From positions 1-17,729 of the forward strand of contig JBFMGU010000216.1 in NCBI GenBank assembly GCA_040752415.1: 17,729 bases of DNA. Direction: 5' to 3'. This DNA is from Myxococcota bacterium. Lineage in GTDB: Bacteria; Myxococcota; JACRCW01. A program made the position numbers and the translations under genes. How positions within the stretch are numbered: the first letter of the stretch is position 1; each line of letters starts with the position of its first letter. Positions 7,825 to 15,259 of the stretch are shown here, piece by piece. The notes under the pieces are model-generated. The model had not been told where the DNA came from. It saw only the letters and a program-made list of their open reading frames with translations, and searched no databases.

Positions 7825-10800
7825 CTACTGTTGCCGCTGCACGATGAGGGAGCGCTCGACGGCGGTGCAGAACTGGTCGCTGGCCGCTGCGACGTTCCAG
7901 CGGACCTCCAGGGTCTCATTGCCGGCCGAGGCGTTGGTGACGATGTCCTGGGTGCTGATGGTGAAGCTGTTGCCCGCCGTCACACGTTGCTGCCGCTCCG
8001 ACTCCGTTTCCAGGGTGCCGTTCCTGTAGAGGTTCAGGGACACGTTGTTGTTGTTGGTGCAGGCCACGCGGGCGTTCACGAACACCAGGTAGGTGCCCGG
8101 AGCGATGGTGGTGCTCAAGCTGTCCATGGGCACGTCGTCGAGGTCGGTGGCATTGAGGGTGTGCAGCACGCTGCCAGTGGCAACCGTCTCCGTCGCGGCC
8201 CGGGGTCGCTGCGCCCACGCCAGCGTTCCGGCGGTGTCCGACGACGTCAACACGGCGTCCGCGGTGGGGGCGGAGGCGGGAAGCGTGTAGGTGAGGGACG
8301 GGCCGGCCGCGGCGGGCTGCAGGGTGGTGGTGAAAGCGTTCCCGCTGTGCGCCAGCGTCACGGTACCCGCCGCGCTGCCCGCCGAGCCCAGAACCAAGGT
8401 GCCGGGAATGCTGACGGTTCCGGTCGTCCCCACCGTGACGCGGTTGGTTCCGTTGGTGGACAACGTGATGGTGTTGGCGCCCACGGCGTTGAGCTCCAGC
8501 GCGCCAGTGGCGTTCACCGTCACGCCGCCGCCGGTGGAGCTGATGTCGATGGCGGTGGCGTGCGTGACCTTGCTGGTGTCCACCTGCCCGACCTCCGCGG
8601 TGCCGGAAACAATGAGCGCCGTCCCGGTGGCGGTGAAGCGGTTGATGCCGGTGAAGGACTGGTCCGCGGACCCCAGCAGCGGAACCACCGCGCTGTCGAC
8701 GTGGAACGTGCCGCTGTTGAGCATCAAGCCCGTGCCCGCGGTGACGTTCTTGAGGCGCGTCCAGTCCACCGGGTTCGCGTTGTCGTTGAACGTGCCCGCG
8801 GTGTTGAGGTCGGTCTTGGCGTAGACGTCGGCAATGGCCGGGTAGCGCGCGTCGGATTCCACCTTGGTGTACGCGTCGCCAATCTGCGCGTAACGCGCGT
8901 CGGACTGGACCTGCGTGTACACGTCGGTGGTCAGTGGGTAGCGCGCGTCGGATTCCGCCTTGGTGTACGCGTCGCCAATCTGCGCGTAACGCGCGTCGGA
9001 CTGGACCTGCGTGTACACGTCGGTGGTCAGCGGGTAGCGCGCGTCGGCCTCGGCCTTCGTATAGACATCGCTTCGCGGATAATAGAGCGCGTCGTGCTTG
9101 TGATCCCCGCGGGCCACTGTCTCCAGCGCGCCGTTGTCATTGCCCGGATCCGCGGCGGTGAAGTCCACGTTGAACGTGTTGCCGCTCAGCGTGAGGCCCG
9201 CGCCGTCCAGGTACGCGCTCCCGTCGTCGATTCCGTCGGCAAACTGCGGCGGGATGCCCTTGATGCGCGTCCAGTCCACCGGGTCCGTCGGGTCGTTCAC
9301 CTGGGTATCCGCGGTGGCCAGGCTGGAGAACAGCGTATCCACCTCGGCCGCGGTGTAGACGTCGGTGGCCAGGGCAAAGCGCGCGTCGGACTCGGCCTGG
9401 GTGTAGAGCTGCGCCCGGGGGTAGTAGAGCGTGTCGTGCTTGTGGTCGCCGCGGGCCACCGTGGTGGCGGCACCGTTGTCATTGCCGGGATCCGCCGCGG
9501 TGAAGTCCGCCGCGAAGATGCCGGCGTTGAGCGTCAGGCCGTCGCCGTGGCTGTAGGTGGTGTCCTGGTCTCCGTCGAGGAGCGAGGCGGGGATGCCCTG
9601 GATGCGCGTCCAGTCCACCGGGTCGGTGCCTTCATTGGGAGCGGTGTCGGCGGTGAGCAGGTCGGTGCGGAGCTGGGAGAACTGCGCGTCCACCTGCGCC
9701 TGGGTGTACACGTCGGTGGTCAACGGGTAACGCGCGTCGGACTCCGCCTTGGTGTACGCGTCGCCAATCAGCGCGTAACGCGCGTCGGACTCCGCCTGGG
9801 TGTACGCGTCGCCAATCAGCGCATAGCGCGCGTCGGACTGCGCCTGGGTGTACACGTCGGTGGCCAGCGGGTAGCGGGCGTCCGACTCGGTCTTCGTATA
9901 GGCGTCACCAATCAACGCGTAGCGCGCGTCGGACTCGACCCGGCTATAGAGATCGCTTCGCGGATAATAGAGTGCGTCGTGACGGTGATCGGCGCGGGCC
10001 GCCACGGCCAGGTTTCCGTCCTCCGTGCTGGGCGCGGGGAAGGACACCGCAATCTGCACACCGGTGATGGTGATGCCCTCGCCCTGCGTGTAGGTCACAT
10101 CCGTCTCGGTGGAGCACGCCCACCCGTTCACGGTGTCAAACCGCAGGATCTCCCCGTCGGCGCACGGCATGACCGAGAGCGTGGCGTCGCCGCCGGTGGC
10201 CCCGCCGGTCAGGCCGTTGCCCGCAATCACCGCGCTGATGTCCCCGGTGCCGGGCGCGCCCACGTCGTCGGGAGCGCAGTCCCAGCCCGCGGGGCCGAAC
10301 TTCAGGATCTCACCATCCACGCAGGTCTGGAGCGCCAGGCTCACGTCGCCCGCGGCGGCGCCGCCCTGCAGGCCGCTGCCCACCGCGGTGTCCACCGACG
10401 TGACATCCCCGGTGGCCACCCCCAGGTCATCCGCCGCGCACGCCCAGCCGCTGGCGCCGAACTTCAGGATCTCCCCGGTCTGGCAGGTCACCAGGCCCAG
10501 GCTGATGTCGCCGGAAAGGCCGCCGCCCGTCAGGCCACCGCCCACCACGTTGATGCCGGTGACGTCGCCGGTGCCCGCCACGTCGTCGGAGCAGGCCCAC
10601 CCGGACGCACCGTACTTCAGGACCTGCCCATTGGCGCACGACGTCAACGTGAGCCCCACCGCGCCGCTGACCCCGCCGCTGGAGAGCCCGCTGCCACTGG
10701 CCACGGTGATGCCGGTCAGCGTGCCGCCGGAGTTGGTGTCGACGTCATTCGCGCAGCCCCACGCCGCTCCGTCGAACTTCAGGACCTGCCCCTCGAGACA

Positions 10801-11358
10801 GCCGGGGACGCTGAGGCTCAGCTCGTTGTTGCTCAGCCCCAGGGGACCGCGGACGGTGAGCGCGCGCTGGAACGCGGTGGCATCCAGGCCATCCAGCGTG
10901 TTGGCGGCCAGCGCCGTGGTGGCCACCGTGGCCGTGTCGGCCAGCACCGACTTGTCGGCGTGGGCGGCCTGGAACGCGTAGGGCGTGGTGGCCAGGGGGA
11001 AGCGCGGCAGCTCTCCGTCGGGATCACCTTCCACCGTGACGCCCAGCCACATGGTGCCGAAGGCGGCGAAGTCCAGCGGGTCCAGCGAGGTCACCCGGCC
11101 CAGCTGCACCGAGAACACGCCGCCATCCACCGCCACGCCGGTCTGCACCTCCTCGTAGACGGGGTTGGTGCCGGTCTGGTCGGCGTAGAGTCGGAAGGTC
11201 AGGTTGAACGTGCCGCTTTCCAGTCCGCCGCCGGTCTGTCGCAGGACACCCTGCACGTTCAGCGTGGTGGGAACCCCCGCCGCGCGCACGTCCCGCGCTC
11301 CCACGAGGAGCAACACCGCCAGGGCCAACACGTTCCTGATGCCGAGTTTCATGCTCAT
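7825..11358 (-). CDS. Secreted 1177-aa modular trimeric-fibre/adhesin-like protein (phage tail-fibre-like repeats, MAT-like N-terminal domain)
   Basis: Start at ATG 11358 with RBS GAGG overlapping the upstream stop; signal peptide ending VRA-A. N-domain PTTLNVQGVLR...FRLY...GVFSVQLG...WLGVTV...PRFPLATTPYA; five CxxG[QE][VI]L[KR][FY]...WxC repeats; three HxHD-xLYYPR / YTxxESDARY / PVDWTR super-repeats; beta-rich shaft; ~125-aa C-terminal beta-sandwich-like head. Confidence 0.85.
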   Translation of the reverse strand: MSMKLGIRNVLALAVLLLVGARDVRAAGVPTTLNVQGVLRQTGGGLESGTFNLTFRLYADQTGTNPVYEEVQTGVAVDGGVFSVQLGRVTSLDPLDFAAFGTMWLGVTVEGDPDGELPRFPLATTPYAFQAAHADKSVLADTATVATTALAANTLDGLDATAFQRALTVRGPLGLSNNELSLSVPGCLEGQVLKFDGAAWGCANDVDTNSGGTLTGITVASGSGLSSGGVSGAVGLTLTSCANGQVLKYGASGWACSDDVAGTGDVTGINVVGGGLTGGGLSGDISLGLVTCQTGEILKFGASGWACAADDLGVATGDVTSVDTAVGSGLQGGAAAGDVSLALQTCVDGEILKFGPAGWDCAPDDVGAPGTGDISAVIAGNGLTGGATGGDATLSVMPCADGEILRFDTVNGWACSTETDVTYTQGEGITITGVQIAVSFPAPSTEDGNLAVAARADHRHDALYYPRSDLYSRVESDARYALIGDAYTKTESDARYPLATDVYTQAQSDARYALIGDAYTQAESDARYALIGDAYTKAESDARYPLTTDVYTQAQVDAQFSQLRTDLLTADTAPNEGTDPVDWTRIQGIPASLLDGDQDTTYSHGDGLTLNAGIFAADFTAADPGNDNGAATTVARGDHKHDTLYYPRAQLYTQAESDARFALATDVYTAAEVDTLFSSLATADTQVNDPTDPVDWTRIKGIPPQFADGIDDGSAYLDGAGLTLSGNTFNVDFTAADPGNDNGALETVARGDHKHDALYYPRSDVYTKAEADARYPLTTDVYTQVQSDARYAQIGDAYTKAESDARYPLTTDVYTQVQSDARYAQIGDAYTKVESDARYPAIADVYAKTDLNTAGTFNDNANPVDWTRLKNVTAGTGLMLNSGTFHVDSAVVPLLGSADQSFTGINRFTATGTALIVSGTAEVGQVDTSKVTHATAIDISSTGGGVTVNATGALELNAVGANTITLSTNGTNRVTVGTTGTVSIPGTLVLGSAGSAAGTVTLAHSGNAFTTTLQPAAAGPSLTYTLPASAPTADAVLTSSDTAGTLAWAQRPRAATETVATGSVLHTLNATDLDDVPMDSLSTTIAPGTYLVFVNARVACTNNNNVSLNLYRNGTLETESERQQRVTAGNSFTISTQDIVTNASAGNETLEVRWNVAAASDQFCTAVERSLIVQRQQ
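8840..9047. repeat. In-frame 48-bp (16-aa) tandem array containing a near-perfect 96-bp duplication
   Basis: 8840-8935 and 8936-9031 differ at only 2 of 96 positions, and a further 16 bp repeat at 9032-9047. Encodes PLTTDVYTQVQSDARY-AQIGDAYTK[AV]ESDARY twice. Confidence 0.93.
9679..9966. repeat. In-frame 48-bp (16-aa) tandem array, six units
   Basis: Recurring gcgcgtcggact and gtgtac cores at 48-bp period. Encodes ALIGDAYTxxESDARY / PLxTDVYTQAQxDAxx units. Confidence 0.9.
10114..10800 (-). repeat. Five ~51-54-aa disulfide-knot/Gly-rich shaft repeats within the fibre gene
   Basis: CLEGQVLKF...WGC, CANGQVLKY...WAC, CQTGEILKF...WAC, CVDGEILKF...WDC and CADGEILRF...WAC, separated by G(D/T)(V/I/L)(T/S)...GxGLxxGG..G.(V/I)xL spacers. 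Confidence 0.9.
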
Positions 11359-11369
11359 GGCAAATGACC

Positions 11370-11963
11370 TCACCGGACTTCCAAGGTGCTGAAGAGACCC
11401 ACGGAGAGGATGGCGCCGTTCCCGTTGGCCACGGGACCGCTGACCACCGCCTCTCCCACGCACATCTGCAGGTCATGCGCCTGCCCCTGCGAACGGCCGC
11501 CGCCACCGGCGGTCATCCACAGGTCGCGGGTGGGCAACGTGCCGCCGCTGCTGCTGCTGCTGGTCGACGACGAGCTGATCACCCCGCTGGAGCTGCTGGT
11601 GCCGGACACCGAGCCGCTGCTGGAGGTGGAGCTGGAGGATGGCTCGCCACTGCTTGAGCTGGAGGACGAGACGATGACGCCGCTGCTCGACGACGAGCTG
11701 AGGCCCACGTTCCCGTCATCCGCCAGGCAGATGCCGGCCGCGCACACCGGCGTGCGTGCGGGGCAATCCCCGTCGCCCTCACAGAGCTTGCGACAGAGCC
11801 CGTCATGGCACGACCAGCCCTCCGCGCAATCCGCGGCGGAAGAACAGGGATAATCCCGGCCGTCCGTGGAAGGCAGCGGGCAGGCCACCGCGGCCAGCAA
11901 CGCCGCGACGATCCCTGTCAGCAGTGCGCCGCTCCGGCCGCGGGGAGCGTGTTCCAGGTGCAT
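11370..11963 (-). CDS. Small lipoprotein (~197 aa): Cys-rich domain, poly-Ser linker and C-terminal Gly-rich beta module; coupled to the fibre gene
   Basis: Probable start ATG 11963; hydrophobic stretch ending in lipobox AVAC; 8 further Cys in two CxxxxDC...C...C units; Ser-rich linker; C-terminal WMTAGGGGRS...VGEAVVSG...LSVGLF. Its TGA overlaps the fibre gene RBS (TGAGG). Confidence 0.75.
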   Translation of the reverse strand: MHLEHAPRGRSGALLTGIVAALLAAVACPLPSTDGRDYPCSSAADCAEGWSCHDGLCRKLCEGDGDCPARTPVCAAGICLADDGNVGLSSSSSSGVIVSSSSSSSGEPSSSSTSSSGSVSGTSSSSGVISSSSTSSSSSGGTLPTRDLWMTAGGGGRSQGQAHDLQMCVGEAVVSGPVANGNGAILSVGLFSTLEVR

Positions 11964-12168
11964 GCTCGGGAGACTACCAGCCCCTTTCGTCGTCACGCAC
12001 GCTTTGTGTCGGCAAAGGTGCATCCCACCTGCACGGACATGGGGCGAGACGACCCAGCGCGAGACGTGGCGCGCACCTCCGGCGGCGGGAGGATTCCCGC
12101 TCCGACACCGGGGGGATGACCGCACCGCACGGCTCTGACAGAACGCGGGCTCGTCGAGAGGACCCGCC

Positions 12169-13674
12169 GTGAGCACGTTTCTTCATCCCAGGACGCTCCT
12201 CCTCCACCTGGCGCTGCTGGCCGCCACCTCGCCGGCATGGGCCGCGGATACGTGGACGGATCCCTATCCCGGCATCCGCTACCTGCACCGCAGCACCAAC
12301 GAGCCCAAGGAGATCCACGCGCTGGTGGTGAACCTGCGGGAGCCGGGCCTGACCCTGCGCGCCAGCAAGGAGAGCGAGAAGGGCAAGACGCCCTCGCAGT
12401 TCAGTGACCTGGTGGGCGCCGCGGCGGTGATCAACGGGGACTTCTACAACACCAACGGGAGCTTCCAGCCCGTGGGACTCGCGGTGGGCGCGGGCGTGCA
12501 CTGGAGTGGCACCGCGGATTCCACCGGGCACCGCTTCCTCGCCTGCACGTCGGGGAATGACTGCATCATCGACACCACCAACTCCGCGCGCGCCCTCGAC
12601 GCGGACTGGCGCAACGTGGTGGGTGGCAACCGGCTGCTCATCAACGCCGGGGACCGCTGGACCACGCAGGATGACCAGGCGTGCGGAGACTTCTGCACCA
12701 CGCAGCACCCGCGCACCGCGGTGGGGCTGAGCCAGGACGGCAACACGCTGTACCTCGTCATGGTGGAAGGCCGTCAGACGCCCATCCTGGGCATGACGCT
12801 CTCGCGCCTGGCGGACCTCCTGGCGGAGCTGGGCGCCCACCACGCGCTCAACCTCGACGGAGGCGGCAGCTCAGGCATGGTGGTGGGCGGGGAGCTGGTG
12901 AACAACCGGCCCAGCAACGAGCCGAGTGAGCGTCGCGTGGCCAACTGCCTGGCGGTGCTCTACCAGCAGCCCACCAACTCCGGCCGCCTCAAGGGCTACA
13001 TCCGCGCCCGCGACATCTACGACACCAACGCCGGCATCAGCGGCGCCACCGTCACGCTCTCCACGGGACAGACCGCCACCACCAACAGCAGCGGGCTCTA
13101 TGATTTTCCGTCGGTGAGCACCGGGTCGGTGACCGTGACGGCGTCCAAGGCCGGCTGGCAGACCGCATCCGAGGCCAAGGTGGTGGAGCCCGGGATCACC
13201 AACTGGAAGAGCATGGCGCTGTTCCCCGTCGAGCAGGACGCGGGAACGCCGCCGGTGCCGGACGCGGGCTCGTCGGTGGATGCCGCCTCCCCGCCGGATG
13301 CCGCCTCACCGCCGGATGCCGCGGTCACGGTGGACGCGGGCACGCCCGACCTCGTCGACGCCGGCACCACCACGCCCGACGCCGCGCAGAACGAGGAGCC
13401 GGACGCCGCCACGCCGGGGACCGACGCGTCGGTGGAGGAACCGGACGCCGCCGTCGAGCCAACGCCGCAGGACGCGGGCACCGACGTGGCCGACGCCGCC
13501 ACCGGCACCGGGTCCACCGCCGACGCCGGCGTCGACGTGCAGCACGACGGTCACGACGAGGATCCCGCTTCCCAGGCCGACGACACCCCCGCCTTCGGCT
13601 GCAGCACCACCTCGGGCGCAACCCCGCTGTGGCTGCTGTTGGGCCTCCTGCCGCGACGTCGGGCGCGCCGCTGA
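12169..13674 (+). CDS. Phosphodiester glycosidase (NAGPA/DUF2233-like) family surface protein with carboxypeptidase-regulatory-like domain, DAG stalk and MYXO-CTERM-like tail
   Basis: GTG start after RBS GAGAGGA; signal peptide ending AWA-A. Motifs INGDFY, HPRTAVG, VEGRQ and ALNLDGGGSS; GATVTL...TTNSSGLYDF...VTASKAGW domain; C-terminus GCSTTSGATPLWLLLGLLPRRRARR. Confidence 0.85.
   Translation: MSTFLHPRTLLLHLALLAATSPAWAADTWTDPYPGIRYLHRSTNEPKEIHALVVNLREPGLTLRASKESEKGKTPSQFSDLVGAAAVINGDFYNTNGSFQPVGLAVGAGVHWSGTADSTGHRFLACTSGNDCIIDTTNSARALDADWRNVVGGNRLLINAGDRWTTQDDQACGDFCTTQHPRTAVGLSQDGNTLYLVMVEGRQTPILGMTLSRLADLLAELGAHHALNLDGGGSSGMVVGGELVNNRPSNEPSERRVANCLAVLYQQPTNSGRLKGYIRARDIYDTNAGISGATVTLSTGQTATTNSSGLYDFPSVSTGSVTVTASKAGWQTASEAKVVEPGITNWKSMALFPVEQDAGTPPVPDAGSSVDAASPPDAASPPDAAVTVDAGTPDLVDAGTTTPDAAQNEEPDAATPGTDASVEEPDAAVEPTPQDAGTDVADAATGTGSTADAGVDVQHDGHDEDPASQADDTPAFGCSTTSGATPLWLLLGLLPRRRARR
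13278..13322. repeat. 18-bp tandem repeat (2.5 copies) in the DAG stalk
   Basis: ggatgccgcctc[c/a]ccgcc twice plus ggatgccgc; encodes DAASPP-DAASPP-DAA. Confidence 0.8.
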
Positions 13675-13711
13675 TGTTGCCGGTGGGCGCACGGGAGGGC
13701 ACGCTCGGGTG

Positions 13712-15259
13712 ATGCACCGTTTCCTCGCGCGCCTGCTACCGGTGTTCCTGCTTCCCGCTCCGCTCCTGGCCGCGGAACCCGTGGTGCTGGAGGGCCAGGT
13801 TCCCGACGACGACTCGGATTTCCTCCTGCTCCCATTCACGGTGCCGGAGGGCACAGCGGAGCTGGAGTTCGCCCACGACGATCTTTCCGAGGAGAACATC
13901 CTGGACTGGGGCCTGGATGACCCGCAGGGCTTCCGCGGATGGGGCGGCGGCAACTCGGAGAACGCGCTCCTCACCGAGCAGGCCGCGTCGCGGAGCTACC
14001 TGCGCGGGCCGTTGCCGGCGGGGCCCTGGCAGGTGGTGGTGGGCAAGGCCAAGATCAACGACGCACCCGCGCAGTACCGCATCACGCTGACGTTTCGCGA
14101 GCAGCCCACGCTCCCCGCGCAGCCCGAGCGACGCGCGTACGTCGACGCGGCACCGCTGGAGACCACGGCGCGCTGGTACGCGGGGGACTTCCACGTCCAC
14201 TCGCGGGAGAGCGGGGACGCGCGCCCGCCTCTCGACGAGATTGCCGACTTCGCGCGCGGGCGCGGCCTGGATTTCGTGGAGATCTCCGACCACAACACCG
14301 TCTCCCACCTGGAGTTCCTCCCCGACGCGCAGTCCCGGCATCCGCGCCTGCTGCTCATGCCCGGCGTGGAATTCACCACCTACGGCGGGCACGCCAACGG
14401 CATCGGTGCCACGCAATGGGTGAGCCACCGCATGGGTCTGCCGGGCGTCGACGCGGAGGGCGCGGCGCGGGCGTTCCAGGACCAGGGCGCGGTGTTCTCC
14501 ATCAACCACCCCGAGCTCGACCTGGGCGACGCGTGCATCGGCTGCGTGTGGCAACACCAGGTTCCCGGCGAGCTGATTGGCGCGGTGGAGATTGCCACCG
14601 GCGGCTGGCGACAAGCGGGATTCCTCTTCACGCAGAAGGCCATCGACTTCTGGGAGTTCCTGTGCGGCCAGGGCTTCCACGTCACCGCCATCGGCGGCAG
14701 CGACGATCACCGCGCGGGCGTGGACCTTGGCGCCTTCGGCAGTCCCATTGGTGATCCCACGACGATGGTCTTTGCCAACGAGCTCAGCACCCCGGCGATT
14801 GTCGCCGCGGTGAAGGCGGGGCGCACGGTGGTGAAGCTGCAGGGACCGGAGGATCCCATGGTGGACCTGCGCGCGGGCACGGCCATGGTGGGTGACTCCA
14901 TCGCGGTTTCCTCGACGACGCTGAAGGCCACCGTCACCGACGGCGTGGGCGCGCAGCTCATCCTGGTGCACAACGGCGTGCCGCAGGATCCGGTCACCAT
15001 TGACGCCAACCCGTTCACGCATGAGCGCCTGGTGCAGAGCCCGGCGAGCGGTGAGGACCGCTGGCGCGCGGAGGTCCACGTCGACGGGAATCCGCGCACG
15101 GTGACCAGCCACCTCTACCTCCGCCACGGAGAGATTCCCAACGAGGGCCGGGACACGCTGTTCTGCCATTGCACCCACGTCGGTGGAGGCACGGGAGTCG
15201 GGATGCTGGTGCTCCTCGTCGGAGTGTTCAGGGGCCGGCGGTCTTCTCGGCGGGTTTGA
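13712..15259 (+). CDS. PHP-fold (CehA/McbA-like) metallohydrolase, secreted, with MYXO-CTERM-like tail
   Basis: Start ATG 13712 (or GTG 13709); signal peptide MHRFLARLLPVFLLPAPLLA. PHP metal motifs GDFHVHS, SDHN, GVE...GHAN, NHP and GGSDDH; C-terminus CHC...MLVLLVGVFRGRRSSRRV. Confidence 0.85.
   Translation: MHRFLARLLPVFLLPAPLLAAEPVVLEGQVPDDDSDFLLLPFTVPEGTAELEFAHDDLSEENILDWGLDDPQGFRGWGGGNSENALLTEQAASRSYLRGPLPAGPWQVVVGKAKINDAPAQYRITLTFREQPTLPAQPERRAYVDAAPLETTARWYAGDFHVHSRESGDARPPLDEIADFARGRGLDFVEISDHNTVSHLEFLPDAQSRHPRLLLMPGVEFTTYGGHANGIGATQWVSHRMGLPGVDAEGAARAFQDQGAVFSINHPELDLGDACIGCVWQHQVPGELIGAVEIATGGWRQAGFLFTQKAIDFWEFLCGQGFHVTAIGGSDDHRAGVDLGAFGSPIGDPTTMVFANELSTPAIVAAVKAGRTVVKLQGPEDPMVDLRAGTAMVGDSIAVSSTTLKATVTDGVGAQLILVHNGVPQDPVTIDANPFTHERLVQSPASGEDRWRAEVHVDGNPRTVTSHLYLRHGEIPNEGRDTLFCHCTHVGGGTGVGMLVLLVGVFRGRRSSRRV

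Noticed and set aside
7825..8300. Diversity-generating retroelement target at the fibre tip (AAC-rich NNNN stretch)
   Set aside because: No reverse transcriptase and no template-repeat copy of this region is seen in the window.
8820..9966. Regularly spaced 48-bp repeats resembling a CRISPR array
   Set aside because: The period is a multiple of 3, the intervening sequences repeat each other rather than being unique spacers, variation is codon-like within an open CDS, and there are no cas genes.
7825..11358. Prophage or tailocin origin for the tail-fibre-like gene
   Set aside because: It has a Sec signal peptide and disulfide-type repeats, and there are no capsid, baseplate, sheath, integrase or lysis genes nearby.
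7672..11367. 1231-aa ORF on the + strand
   Set aside because: Antisense shadow of the fibre gene caused by high-GC codon bias; Arg/Gly/Val-rich with no motifs, and it merely mirrors the repeats.
11386..11853. + strand ORF with Leu/Glu-rich periodic pattern
   Set aside because: It is the reverse complement of the poly-Ser linker codons of the lipoprotein.
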